Source of the DNA: Bacteroidota bacterium
Lineage (GTDB): Bacteria; Bacteroidota; Rhodothermia; Rhodothermales; JBCDJV01
NCBI GenBank assembly: GCA_038747425.1
Contig: JBCDJV010000010.1
Span: 16,521-80,520 of the forward strand
DNA: 64,000 bases
Direction: 5' to 3'
The translations under genes and the position numbers were made by a program. The notes under the pieces were generated by a model. The model made no database searches and was not told where the DNA came from. It saw only the letters and a list, made by a program, of their open reading frames with translations. Positions within the stretch are counted from its first letter, which is position 1. Each line of letters begins with the position of its first letter. Below are positions 52,721-62,580 of the stretch, in pieces.

Positions 52721-55135
52721 TCAGGGGGTCTGGCGAAGCACGGTGCGGGCCATCACTTCGGCCGAGGCCTGGTCAGGGGCCCGCAGAAACAGAAGCGGAT
52801 ACATGGTCCCGGCCATCCAGTCGTCCACGGCGAGATCGTAGAAGGCTGAGCCCGGGTGACCAGACTGACCCCCTGGGTAGATCCCCCAGGCGCGCACCTC
52901 CTCCTCCAGAGACACCACCATACGCCAGGAGGCCCCGCTGGTGCGTCCCATGGCGTTGAGGGTGCCGCTACGGCCGCTGGTGCGCAGGTCTGTCCGGCCG
53001 AGACCGGGGATCTGGGCGAGGTGGTCGATGCGCGTACCGCGTGCCTGGCCCCAGGCCCAGGCCTCGCCGTAGGGGCCATGCCTGTCCTCCAGCTGCGAGA
53101 AAGCCGTCTCGAACGCTTGCTGAACCAGGTCATCCAGCGTCTCGGGGCCGTTGGTGGTTTGATCGTCGAACAGCGGGCTCGTGGGCTCCTCCAACACCAG
53201 GCGCAGCGTCACGTCGTACCAAGGGCGAGGGCCATCGGGGAACTCGTCCCAGGTGAGGCGCCAGAGGGTACTCCACCAGGCATCGAACAGAATGGGCGCC
53301 GTGGCTTGGGCCCGGTAGTGGGCATCCCACGCGGCGAGGTCGGCGCGAGCGGTGCGCTGATCGGCCGAGAGCCCGTCCTCGGGCAGGCGTGCCAGGAGCG
53401 CGGGCAGGGCGCGCTCGGCGTGGAGGTAGCGGTCATCGAGCTGGAGGGCCATCATGTCGCGCGGGGTGATGGCTTCCATCACCGCCAAGCGGTCGTTGAG
53501 GCGGGCGCCTCGCTCATAGGAGGCGTAGTCCCAGCCCAGGTAGTAGGGGTAGGTGTCGTCGGTGGGGGGCTGGTTGGCCGAGCTGACGAACCCGCGCTCG
53601 GGGTCGCGCACGTGCGGGTTGTGAGCGTGGGGGATGAACCCTTGCCACTCGTAGGCGGGGTCTGCGCCATCGCTGAGGTAGCGGCCCTGACCTTTCCATC
53701 GAAGCGGAAACGCCCCATTGTGCCAGAGGGCAATGGTGCCGGCTTGGTCGGCATAGACAAAGTTCTGGGCGGGGGCGGCATACGTGGTCAGCGCCTCCAC
53801 GTAGTCGTCATAGTCGGTGGCGCGGTTGAGGCGCAGGAACGTGCGCAGCTCGTTGGTGGGGTCGTGGGCGGTCCATCGCAGGGCCGCCCCGGTGGGCATC
53901 CGGCCGTAGGGGGTCTCCGAGGGCAGGTAGGCCACCGGGCCGTGGTGCGTGTAGCGTACGGTGTCCACCACGGTGGCCTCGCCGCGCACCTGGATGGTTT
54001 CGATCCGGGTCTCCACGGGGCGTGTGGCTCCGTCGTAGTCGTAGGTGGTGCGGGCGGCGTCAGCAAACGTGATCTGGTACCAGTCGAACACGTCGCTCCC
54101 GCCGTTGGTGACGCCCCACGCTACGTGCTCGTTGAAGCCGATGATGATCCCGGGGGCTCCCGGCAGCGTGGCGCCGTAGGTGTTGGTGCCCGGGGCGTGG
54201 AGCTGCATCTCGTACCAGATGGACGGCAGGTTGAGCGTGAGGTGAGGGTCGTTGGCCAGGATGGGGCGGCCCGTGACCGCCTTGCTGCCTCCTACCGCCC
54301 AGTTGTTGCTCCCGATGTTCGGATCGGCAGGGGTACCACTCAACCCATTGAGCCCGATGAGTGGGTCCAGGAGCGCCTGCTGAGGCGCTACCGGCACGGG
54401 CTCGAAGGCCCACTCCGTGCCCGGCGGGATGATGGGGTCCACGAACGGCGCCTGGTAGGGGAAGAGGGCCTGCATGAGGGAGTCGCCGTGGAGGGACCGA
54501 GCCTCGGTCATGGCGGGCTCGTTGCTGCCCCCACTGAGCGTCTCGGCCATATACTTGAGCAGGAGCGTGGTCTTGAGTGGCGTCCACGGCTCAGGCTCAT
54601 AGCCCAGGATCTTGTACTCCAGGGGGAGCGTGGTGGCATCAAGCTGGTCGACCCACGCGTTGACTCCTTCGGCGTAGGCCTCCATGGCTACCCGCGTGAG
54701 CGAGTCGGCCAGGACCGCCTCCAGCGAACGCTCGGCGGCCCAGACCATACCCATCCGACGCCGCGAGCGGTCGTAGGAGAGGGCGCCAGGCCCCACGATC
54801 TCCGAGATCCGGCCGGCGGCGGCATGCGTCTGAAACTCCATCTGCCACAGCCGGTGGCGGGCCGTCAGGTAGCCCTGGGCTAGGTACAGGTCGTGATCGT
54901 TCTCCGCGAAGATGTGCGGCACATGCCGTGTGTCCCAGGCCACCTGTACGGGCGCCTGCAAGCCGGGTACATCCAGCTGCTCGGGGAGGGCATCAACCTG
55001 GGCATTGCTCTGCCAGAAGCCCGCAAACGGGTTCAGGAACGGTCCCAAGGGCGGCGTTTGGCCCCAACGCCCGTTCAAGGCCACAAAGGCCACCACGAGC
55101 GCAGCGACGTAGACCGTGGGCACAACCCAGCGCAT
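52721..55135 (-). CDS. penicillin acylase family protein (Ntn hydrolase)
   Basis: ENDHDLYLAQGYLTARHRLWQMEF and the autoprocessing site GSNNWAVGGSKAVTGRPILANDPHL. 804 aa. Confidence 0.9.
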   Translation of the reverse strand: MRWVVPTVYVAALVVAFVALNGRWGQTPPLGPFLNPFAGFWQSNAQVDALPEQLDVPGLQAPVQVAWDTRHVPHIFAENDHDLYLAQGYLTARHRLWQMEFQTHAAAGRISEIVGPGALSYDRSRRRMGMVWAAERSLEAVLADSLTRVAMEAYAEGVNAWVDQLDATTLPLEYKILGYEPEPWTPLKTTLLLKYMAETLSGGSNEPAMTEARSLHGDSLMQALFPYQAPFVDPIIPPGTEWAFEPVPVAPQQALLDPLIGLNGLSGTPADPNIGSNNWAVGGSKAVTGRPILANDPHLTLNLPSIWYEMQLHAPGTNTYGATLPGAPGIIIGFNEHVAWGVTNGGSDVFDWYQITFADAARTTYDYDGATRPVETRIETIQVRGEATVVDTVRYTHHGPVAYLPSETPYGRMPTGAALRWTAHDPTNELRTFLRLNRATDYDDYVEALTTYAAPAQNFVYADQAGTIALWHNGAFPLRWKGQGRYLSDGADPAYEWQGFIPHAHNPHVRDPERGFVSSANQPPTDDTYPYYLGWDYASYERGARLNDRLAVMEAITPRDMMALQLDDRYLHAERALPALLARLPEDGLSADQRTARADLAAWDAHYRAQATAPILFDAWWSTLWRLTWDEFPDGPRPWYDVTLRLVLEEPTSPLFDDQTTNGPETLDDLVQQAFETAFSQLEDRHGPYGEAWAWGQARGTRIDHLAQIPGLGRTDLRTSGRSGTLNAMGRTSGASWRMVVSLEEEVRAWGIYPGGQSGHPGSAFYDLAVDDWMAGTMYPLLFLRAPDQASAEVMARTVLRQTP

Positions 55136-55316
55136 GGCAAGAAAAAGGGTGGGGGATGAGGACGCGCGAGGACGCTATGTAACCATTTTTGCGGGGATTG
55201 ACAACGTATTTCGGCATTTTGGGCTGGCTCGTCACCCGGCCGTGCGTCCGAACATGGCCGCCCCGGCGCGCGTTCAGCAACCCTTCGCCTTCCACCACGC
55301 TTTCTCACGCTCGCCC

Positions 55317-56015
55317 ATGCGCGCTGCCTGCCTGTCTGTTGTCCTCCTGCTAAGCCTTGCCGCCTGTGCCTCGCCCGAGGCGCCACCGTCGGATCCTGCC
55401 GCCCGCTTCCCGGTGTCTGAGAACGGGCGGTGGGGCTTCATCGACCGCACCGGCAGCGAGGTGATCCCGCTCACGTTTGACCGCGTCTGGCCGTTTGCCG
55501 GCAACCGGGCTCTAGTCCAGCAAGCGGGACGCTACGGGTACATCGACCGCGCAGGCACCGTGGTCATCGAGCCACAGTTTGACGATGCCTGGTACTTCTC
55601 TGATGGGCTCGCGCCGGTGCAGGTGGAGGGCCAGTGGGGGTACATCGACACCACCGGCCAGCTGGTGGTGGATCCGCAGTTCGACCTCGCGCCCAGCGTG
55701 GTGGTGGAAGACACCTACCAGCCGCGCGACCCGCTGCTGGTGCAACGCGAGGGCCGCTACGGCTACCTGGATCCCACCGACAGCACCCTCACCATCGACC
55801 CCCAGTTCGACCAGGCGTGGTACTTCTCCGGGGGCCTCGCGCGGGTCCGCCGAGATGGCCAGTGGGGCTATATCGACCGCACCGGCACCCTGGTCATCCC
55901 CACCCAGTTCGAGCTGGCCTGGGACTTCCGCGATGGCCTCGCCTTGGTCCGCACCCCCACCGGCAGTGGCTACATCAACCGCACCGGCGCCTTCGTGTGG
56001 GGGCCCCGCCCTTGA
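55317..56015 (+). CDS. WG-repeat (KWG) lipoprotein
   Basis: Lipobox LSLAACA. Six repeats of G(R/Q)WG(F/Y)ID.TG..V(I/V).PQFD. Confidence 0.85.
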   Translation: MRAACLSVVLLLSLAACASPEAPPSDPAARFPVSENGRWGFIDRTGSEVIPLTFDRVWPFAGNRALVQQAGRYGYIDRAGTVVIEPQFDDAWYFSDGLAPVQVEGQWGYIDTTGQLVVDPQFDLAPSVVVEDTYQPRDPLLVQREGRYGYLDPTDSTLTIDPQFDQAWYFSGGLARVRRDGQWGYIDRTGTLVIPTQFELAWDFRDGLALVRTPTGSGYINRTGAFVWGPRP

Positions 56016-56044
56016 TCCTGGGCTGATGGTCAATGATGCGAATC

Positions 56045-56275
56045 ACGGGTTGAACAGAAACACCGCACACCGTGTCGGCCCACCGCCGTGCTAACCGGCC
56101 TCGTGGTGCCGTTGACAGATCCCTCGACTACGCCCTGCTGGCGCAGAGCTCCGCTCAGGAGGACAAGTAGAAACGGTGACGCCGCCGCCTTCATTCTCGG
56201 CCCGTGGCGCCCTAGCCAGGGGGCCGTGCAGGGGATCGGGCTTGGAACGGGGCCCTGTGACCCTTGATTCGCATC
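56045..56275 (-). repeat. family B inverted-repeat element (231 bp)
   Basis: TIR GATGCGAATCACGGGT (56045-56060) versus the reverse complement of ACCCTTGATTCGCATC (56260-56275), 15 of 16 matching. The inner end matches 21446-21475 and the core loosely matches 21480-21540. Confidence 0.6.
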
Positions 56276-56433
56276 ACGTGGGCGTGCCTCCTTGACCGTT
56301 GAACGTAGACCAGCGGCCCTTCCGAACCATCCTGGCCTCCGCACGTAAGGAGGGCGGCTCTTCTCATCTATTCACGGCGGCGCATCGGGCACGGTTACGG
56401 TCTTTCTTCTTCACCCACCTCCTGTACGCGTTC

Positions 56434-58002
56434 ATGTCCGCTGATCCTCGCATTCTCTGGGCCGACGATGAGATCGACCTCCTCCGCCCCCATATCCTGT
56501 TTCTTGAATCCAAGGGCTATGTGGTAACCAGCGTCTCGAATGGTGCGGATGCCGTTGAGCAAGTGCGAGGAGGACGCTACGAGGTGGTGCTCCTCGACGA
56601 GCAGATGCCCGGCATGGGTGGCCTGGAGACGCTCGCCGAGATCAAGGCCATCGCCCCCGAGCTGCCGGTAGTCATGGTCACCAAGAGCGAGGAAGAGAAC
56701 CTGATGGAGGAGGCGCTGGGCGGTCAGATCAGCGACTATCTCACCAAGCCCGTCAACCCCAGCCAGATCCTCCTCACCTGCAAACGTCTGCTGGAGCGCT
56801 CCCGGCTGCGCACCGAGAAAGCCTCGCAGACCTACCTGCAGCAATTTGGCCAGATCAGCATGGCGCTGATGAACCCGCTCTCGCACACCGAGTGGGTGGA
56901 CCTGTACCTGAAGCTCGTAGGCTATGACCTGGAGCTGGCCGACGGCGATGAAGGCGTGCGGCAGGTGCTGGAGGACCAATACCGCGAGGCCAACCGCGCC
57001 TTTGGCCGGTTCATCGAGGACGTCTACCCCAGCTGGATGGCCGACGATGAGCGGCCCGGCGACGACCGGCCGGTGCTCTCCCACGAGGTGTTGCCCGAGT
57101 TTGTGCTCCCTCATGTGCGCGAGGGCAAGCGGCCGGTGGTCTTCCTCCTCATCGATTGTATGCGGTATGACCAGTGGCTGGAGTTTGAGAAGCTCCTCTA
57201 TCCCCTCTTCCAGATGGAGAAGAGCTTCCACTACTCCATCCTACCTACGGCCACCCCGTACTCCCGCAACTCCATCTTCAGCGGCTTACTCCCTCGCGAC
57301 ATTGCCCGCCGGTTCCCGCGCATCTGGAGCGACGCCGAGGACGATGAGCACAGCCGCAACCGCAGCGAGGAGGAGTTCCTGAATGATCTGCTGCAGCGGA
57401 AGCACCTGGACGCCCGCACCCGGTATGACAAGCTCATCAGCACCCAGGACGGACGCACCTTCGCTCAGCAAGTCACGGACTACCTGCAGCATGACCTGAG
57501 CGCCATCGTTGTCAACTTCGTGGACATCCTGGCCCACAGCCGCTCCGACTCCGACGTCCTCAAGGAGCTGGCGCCTGACGAGCGCGCCTACCGAGCCCTG
57601 ACGCGCACCTGGTTCGAGCACTCTTGGCTCTACGAGGCCCTACGCGATCTCTCGCAGCAAGACTGCACCGTGGTGCTGACCACGGACCATGGGGCCATTC
57701 GCAGCCTCCACGCCACCAAGGTGATCGGCGACCGGGAGACCTCCACGGGGCTGCGTTACAAGTACGGCCGCAACCTTAAGAGCGATGACCGGCACGCCAT
57801 CTTCGTGCGCAACCCGCTCGACTATGGCCTGCCCCGCCCTCATAGCGGCACCAACTACATTATCGCGAAGGAAGACTACTACTTCGTCTACCCCACCAAC
57901 TACAACCGCTACCTCAACCTCTACCGAGACACGATGCAGCATGGCGGCGCGTCCCTGGAAGAAATGGTGCTCCCCGTGGTCACCCTCCGTCCGAAACGGT
58001 AG
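56434..58002 (+). CDS. porX: receiver + PglZ (alkaline-phosphatase-superfamily) response regulator, PorX-like
   Basis: ILWADDEIDLLRPHILFLESKGY ... VVLLDEQMPGMGG ... YLTKP, followed by a PglZ-type domain (VFLLIDCMRYDQW ... TDHG ... HGGASLEEM). This architecture matches the T9SS regulator PorX. Confidence 0.8.
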   Translation: MSADPRILWADDEIDLLRPHILFLESKGYVVTSVSNGADAVEQVRGGRYEVVLLDEQMPGMGGLETLAEIKAIAPELPVVMVTKSEEENLMEEALGGQISDYLTKPVNPSQILLTCKRLLERSRLRTEKASQTYLQQFGQISMALMNPLSHTEWVDLYLKLVGYDLELADGDEGVRQVLEDQYREANRAFGRFIEDVYPSWMADDERPGDDRPVLSHEVLPEFVLPHVREGKRPVVFLLIDCMRYDQWLEFEKLLYPLFQMEKSFHYSILPTATPYSRNSIFSGLLPRDIARRFPRIWSDAEDDEHSRNRSEEEFLNDLLQRKHLDARTRYDKLISTQDGRTFAQQVTDYLQHDLSAIVVNFVDILAHSRSDSDVLKELAPDERAYRALTRTWFEHSWLYEALRDLSQQDCTVVLTTDHGAIRSLHATKVIGDRETSTGLRYKYGRNLKSDDRHAIFVRNPLDYGLPRPHSGTNYIIAKEDYYFVYPTNYNRYLNLYRDTMQHGGASLEEMVLPVVTLRPKR

Positions 58003-58039
58003 GCCTGGCGGGTCGTACCCCCCCGCTGCAGGGCCTCAC

Positions 58040-58149
58040 CCCCCGGAACGCGACGTATCGCGCCCCGCCGATGGCCCCGGGCCGAGGCCGCTGCGGTGGA
58101 GTCTGCGCCCCCTTCACACGTCATCACTCACCGTTCACCATCCACGACT
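58040..58149 (+). repeat. partial family B repeat with heptad tail
   Basis: GGGCCGAGGCCGCTGCGGTGG resembles the family B core. Heptads CACACGT CATCACT CACCGTT CACCATC CACGACT at 58115-58149 end 8 nt before GTG 58158. Confidence 0.4.
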
Positions 58150-58157
58150 GCGCCCCT

Positions 58158-58601
58158 GTGCTCACGCTGCCTCAAACCACGACCGGTCCTGCGGCGACGG
58201 AGACCCTGGGAGCCGCGTTGGCCCCTCAGCTAGCGCCTGGTGGGGTGGTGGCGCTCTACGGTGAATTGGGGGCGGGGAAGACGCAGTTCATCCGCGGCAT
58301 CTGCACCGCGCTGGGGGTGGACGCTGGGGCGGTGAGCAGCCCCACCTTTGCGATCGTCCAGGTGTACGACGGCCAGTACAGAGGCGCACCGCTCCCGATC
58401 TACCACCTCGATGCCTACCGGCTGCGAGACCTGGAGGAGCTGGTCGCCCTGGGCCTCGACGAGTACCTCTATGGTGAGGGGGTCTGCCTTATCGAGTGGC
58501 CAGAGCGGTTCGGCGCGTTGCTGCCGGATCACACGCTCCGGCTGGACCTGGTACACCGAGGCGTCACGGAGCGCGAGGTCCGCTGGCGGACGGCCCCATG
58601 A
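58158..58601 (+). CDS. tsaE: tRNA t6A37 biosynthesis ATPase TsaE
   Basis: P-loop LYGELGAGKTQFIRG and SPTFAIVQVY ... YHLDAYRL ... IEWPE. Start trimmed to GTG 58158 because the ORF-track start at 58071 crosses the repeat. Confidence 0.8.
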   Translation: MLTLPQTTTGPAATETLGAALAPQLAPGGVVALYGELGAGKTQFIRGICTALGVDAGAVSSPTFAIVQVYDGQYRGAPLPIYHLDAYRLRDLEELVALGLDEYLYGEGVCLIEWPERFGALLPDHTLRLDLVHRGVTEREVRWRTAP

Positions 58602-59932
58602 CTGCGGCGGTACAGTACCTGCTGGACTTACCTCGCTTTGCAGGACAAGCGGGATCCGGGTACCAGCCCGGCCTGGACCGCATCCGCACCCTGCTGGCCA
58701 CCCTGGGCGACCCGCATCGGGTCCAGCCTATCATCCACGTGGCGGGGACCAACGGCAAGGGGTCCACCGCCTCCATGATCGCCGCCATGGGGCAGGCCCT
58801 GGGGCTCCGCGTGGGTCTGCACACGTCGCCGCATCTGCACCATCTGGCCGAGCGGATGCGGCTGAACGGAGTGCCCGCTCCGCTGTCCTGGCTGGATACA
58901 GCCGTTGAGCGGTACCGCCCAGCCTTGGAGGCGGCAGGCCTCAGCTTCTTCGAGGCTACCGTGGCGCTCAGCTTTCGCTATTTCGCAGACATGGAGGTGG
59001 ACCTGGCGGTGGTGGAGGTCGGGCTGGGAGGGCGGCTCGATGCCACCAACGTCGTAGAGCCTGTGGCGGCGGTCCTCACCCATATCGGACTCGATCATAC
59101 GGCGCTGTTGGGAGACACCCGGGCGGCCATCGCTCGTGAGAAGGCGGGCATCATCAAGGAGCGCGTGCCGGTGGTGAGCGCGGTAGACCATCCCGAGGCG
59201 GTCCCCGTCATCGCCGAGGTCGCGGCTGGACGGCGGGCTCCGCTACACCGCCTGGACGAGGAGGTAACCTGGACGACAGACCCCGCCGCCACACCGCATC
59301 CGGTGCTGCAGCACGTCCGCACGCCTCAGGCTACCTACACAGACCTTGCGCTCGACCTACCCGGACGCCATCAGGTGCGCAATGCGCTACTGGCCCTGCG
59401 GACGATGGAGATCGTCTACCGGGATCAGCCTGGCCTGGCGGACGCGGTGCGCAACGGCCTCGCGCACACCCGCCGATATGCGGGGCTACGCGGACGCGCC
59501 GAGGTGATCCGGCAACAGCCGTCGGTACTCCTTGATGTGGGGCATAACGTGGATGGCCTACGCGAGGCGCTGCGGGTAGCCCGGGGCTACGGGGGGGAGA
59601 GCCCCCCTGTGGTGGTGCTGGGCCTGCTGCGCGACAAGGACGCTGTGGGGATAGGGGCGCTCCTGGCCGACTCCAAGAGCCCCGTCGTGGTGGTGGGGCT
59701 CGACACGGAGCGGGGCTACGGGGCCGCGGCCTTGGCCGAGGCCCTGCGGGCGACCGGGGCCTCCGTGATCCATGAGGCGCCCACCGTGGCGCAAGGGCTG
59801 CGCTGGACGTTGGCCCAGGCCCATCCTGATGACGTGGTGCTGGCTACAGGGTCTCATCAGGTGGTAGCGGCCGTGGTGGCGGTCCTGCCTGGACGTGGCA
59901 CGGAGCCAACGTTGCAGATAGATCCCAAGTAG
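58598..59932 (+). CDS. folC: bifunctional folylpolyglutamate synthase / dihydrofolate synthase
   Basis: IHVAGTNGKGSTASMIAAM (P-loop), GLHTSPHL, EVGLGGRLDATNV. ATG 58598 overlaps the tsaE TGA (ATGA). Confidence 0.9.
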   Translation: MTAAVQYLLDLPRFAGQAGSGYQPGLDRIRTLLATLGDPHRVQPIIHVAGTNGKGSTASMIAAMGQALGLRVGLHTSPHLHHLAERMRLNGVPAPLSWLDTAVERYRPALEAAGLSFFEATVALSFRYFADMEVDLAVVEVGLGGRLDATNVVEPVAAVLTHIGLDHTALLGDTRAAIAREKAGIIKERVPVVSAVDHPEAVPVIAEVAAGRRAPLHRLDEEVTWTTDPAATPHPVLQHVRTPQATYTDLALDLPGRHQVRNALLALRTMEIVYRDQPGLADAVRNGLAHTRRYAGLRGRAEVIRQQPSVLLDVGHNVDGLREALRVARGYGGESPPVVVLGLLRDKDAVGIGALLADSKSPVVVVGLDTERGYGAAALAEALRATGASVIHEAPTVAQGLRWTLAQAHPDDVVLATGSHQVVAAVVAVLPGRGTEPTLQIDPK

Positions 59933-60253
59933 AATCGCTTGTGGAACCCGCTCTGCGTTCTCTGGGTTGGCACTTGCGCTACTAGGCGTGTATCTTTCGT
60001 CTAGGCCAGCCACCCGGCTGGTTCTCCCCCGGTGCCCCCACGATTTTCCCTTCCAGGGCACCCGTCTCTTGGCCACCAATCCTCGGCCATACCACCGTCA
60101 CCCTGTCTGTCCATCCCGCACACGTCAGGCTCCGCCTAGGCCCGTTTGTCCTGGTGCCTTCCGTGCGAGCCGTTTCCCGAGGTCGCTCCGCCCCCTCGCG
60201 GCTTGACGTGGCTCCCTTCGTGGTGGGAGGCACCCCACTCTCTGTACAACCAC

Positions 60254-62212
60254 ATGAAGATCTCGACGCTCCAGGAAAAGAAACTGGCTGAGTTGCGCGA
60301 CCTCGCGCGCGGCATGAACCTGAGTGGCTACTCAGGCCTCCGCAAGCAAGACCTCATCTACCGAATCCTGGAGGCGCAGGCCGAGGCCGCCGCTGGCGGT
60401 GATGGCGCCCGCACTCCCAACCGGCGCGGTCGGCGCCCGGAAGCCTCTTCGTCGTCAGAGGCGCAGGACACCGCCAGCGCGCCCCCCCCTTCCGAGACCG
60501 ACAGCCGCCGTTCCAGCCGGCCAACGTCTGAGGAGCGCACCAACAAGCGAACCCCCTCGGCCAAGCGCTCCTCCAACCGGCGCGGCCGCGGGTCCCAGGA
60601 GGCCGATGCCAACGCCGGCGAGGGCGGGAGCAGCCGGCGGGAACCGCGTAGCGACAGCCGCAGCGAGCGCCCCAAGCGCAGTGAGGCCTCCTCAGACTCC
60701 GACCGTCGCCGGAGCCGCAGCGAAGGAGGGCGAAGCCGCAACGACGGCGGGCGCCGAGAGGGCGGAAACCGCAACGAGGGAGGCAGCCGCAATGACGGCG
60801 GCCACCGGAACGACGGCGGGCGCCGAGAGAGCGGAAACCGCAGCGAAGGAGGTAACCGGAATGACGGCGGCAGCCGCAACGATGGCGGACGCCGGGAGAG
60901 CGGAAACCGCAACGACGGCGGCCATCGCCAGGACGACGGTGAGGGCGGACGTCGCGGACGCCGCGGACGCCGCGACAAGCGGTCCAACCGTGGCGACGAC
61001 GGCGGACGGCGAGAGCCGCGCCGCGACGAGCGCCGCGAGAAGATGCTGGAAGGCCGCCCGGACTATATCCTCAACTACGACCCCGATGAGACAGACCTGG
61101 ACGGTATGATCCGCAAGGTGGGGGTCCTCCAGATCCTCCCCGATGGGTATGGCTTCCTGCGGTCCGTAGAGTACAACTACCTGCCCAGCCCCGATGACAT
61201 CTACGTCTCGCCCTCCCAGATCAAACGCTTCAGCCTGAAGCTCGGCGACACCGTCGACGGCGAGGTCCGGCCCCCCAAGGAGGGCGAACGCTACTTCGCT
61301 CTGATCAAGGTGAACAGCATCAACGGCCGGCCGCCCTCAGAGCTGCAGGACCGTGTCAGCTTTGACTTCCTCACCCCGCTCTATCCCAACGAAGCGCTCA
61401 AGCTGGAAACGGTGGCCGCCGAAACGAGCACCCGCGTGCTCGATCTGTTCTCGCCCATCGGCAAGGGCCAGCGCGGCCTGATCGTGGCCCAGCCGAAGAC
61501 GGGCAAGACCATCCTGCTCCAGAAAATCGCCAACGCGGTTACCACCAACCATCCGGAGTGCTACCTCCTGATCCTGCTCGTGGACGAACGGCCAGAGGAG
61601 GTGACGGATATGATGAAGAACGTCAAGGGCGAGGTCATCGCATCGACGTTCGATCAAGACCCGGAGCGGCACGTGGAGGTGAGTGACATCGTGCTGGAGA
61701 AAGCCAAGCGGCTGGTCGAAGCGGGGCAGGACGTGGTCATCCTGCTGGACTCCATCACCCGCTTGGCGCGCGCCCACAACGCGGTGGCCCCCGCAGGCGG
61801 ACGTACGATGTCCGGCGGGATCGAGGCCGGAGCCCTCCGTGGCCCCAAGCGCTTCTTCGGGGCGGCACGCAACGTCGAGGAGGGGGGCTCGCTGACCATC
61901 ATCGGGACGGCACTCATCGAGACGGGCAGCCGCATGGATGAGGTTATCTTTGAGGAGTTCAAGGGCACGGGCAACATGGAGCTTGTGCTGGACCGCCAGT
62001 TGGCCGACCGCCGCATGTTCCCCGCGATCAACCTCATCAAGTCGGGCACGCGCCGCGAAGAGCTGCTCATCCCGGACGCCAAGCTGACGCGCGTGTGGAT
62101 CTTGCGCAAGCTCCTGGCGGACATGGAGCCGATCCAAGCCATGGAGTTCCTCCGAGACAAGATGCGCGGCACCCGCGACAATGACGAGTTCCTCATCGTC
62201 ATGAACTCGTAG
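60254..62212 (+). CDS. rho: transcription termination factor Rho with a long low-complexity N-terminal insertion
   Basis: Rho N-terminal helix bundle ([32 protein letters not shown]). Cold-shock-like RNA-binding domain ([14 protein letters not shown]). Walker [11 protein letters not shown] loops and C-terminal MNS. 652 aa versus about 420 aa for a minimal Rho. Confidence 0.95.
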   Translation: MKISTLQEKKLAELRDLARGMNLSGYSGLRKQDLIYRILEAQAEAAAGGDGARTPNRRGRRPEASSSSEAQDTASAPPPSETDSRRSSRPTSEERTNKRTPSAKRSSNRRGRGSQEADANAGEGGSSRREPRSDSRSERPKRSEASSDSDRRRSRSEGGRSRNDGGRREGGNRNEGGSRNDGGHRNDGGRRESGNRSEGGNRNDGGSRNDGGRRESGNRNDGGHRQDDGEGGRRGRRGRRDKRSNRGDDGGRREPRRDERREKMLEGRPDYILNYDPDETDLDGMIRKVGVLQILPDGYGFLRSVEYNYLPSPDDIYVSPSQIKRFSLKLGDTVDGEVRPPKEGERYFALIKVNSINGRPPSELQDRVSFDFLTPLYPNEALKLETVAAETSTRVLDLFSPIGKGQRGLIVAQPKTGKTILLQKIANAVTTNHPECYLLILLVDERPEEVTDMMKNVKGEVIASTFDQDPERHVEVSDIVLEKAKRLVEAGQDVVILLDSITRLARAHNAVAPAGGRTMSGGIEAGALRGPKRFFGAARNVEEGGSLTIIGTALIETGSRMDEVIFEEFKGTGNMELVLDRQLADRRMFPAINLIKSGTRREELLIPDAKLTRVWILRKLLADMEPIQAMEFLRDKMRGTRDNDEFLIVMNS

Positions 62213-62249
62213 GGCCCGCCGTCTCTGCGCCTCTACGTGCGCTGGTCTA

Positions 62250-62277
62250 CCGCCGTCTGACGCCGTTCAGGCGGCGG
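62250..62277 (+). terminator. hairpin downstream of rho
   Basis: CCGCCGTCTGA-CGCCGT-TCAGGCGGCGG forms an 11-bp stem with one G-U pair, 38 nt after the stop. It is followed by TGTGTG, only a weak U-tract. Confidence 0.4.
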
Positions 62278-62580
62278 TGTGTGCCATTGACGCATGTGCA
62301 GTGACTCCTTTGTATGATAGGGACCGGAGTCTAGGCGACTATCTTAGAAGCCGCCTGAAACGATGGATGAGGCTGCGAAGCCTGACCCACAAGAGACGTT
62401 GAAGCCATTCTGAAGAGGCTCTTCCCGGCCACCGGTCCATCTGCTTGGCAGGTGCTGGCTGCATCCTCTCTCGTGACGGATCTTCTTGTATGTGCAGGCC
62501 ATTTAAAGACTTACGTTACAGAACGCGGCCTCCTCGCTTCTCCAGTTTTCTCCACCCTTCTCATCTCTAAGCGGCCCATT

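Noticed and set aside
56434-58002. PglZ domain as a marker of a BREX/phage-defence system.
   Set aside because: The PglZ-type domain is fused to an N-terminal receiver domain, which is the PorX architecture. No BREX partners (PglX methyltransferase, BrxC ATPase, BrxL and so on) are nearby. The neighbours are housekeeping genes (tsaE, folC).
60358-60987. 209-aa antisense ORF with PPSLR repeats opposite rho.
   Set aside because: It is the mirror image of the repetitive rho insertion-domain coding sequence. Rho motifs on the plus strand establish the real frame.
62213-62580. Lower-GC 368-bp spacer after rho as a possible sRNA (6S, SRP, tmRNA, RNase P) or tRNA locus.
   Set aside because: I could not find any diagnostic conserved motif: no SRP GGAA/AGCA domain IV signature, no RNase P GAGGAAAGTCC, no tRNA T-loop GGTTCGAATCC-like sequence. 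There are only short generic hairpins. No tRNA or rRNA was recognised anywhere in the window. A covariance-model scan would be needed to exclude small RNAs.
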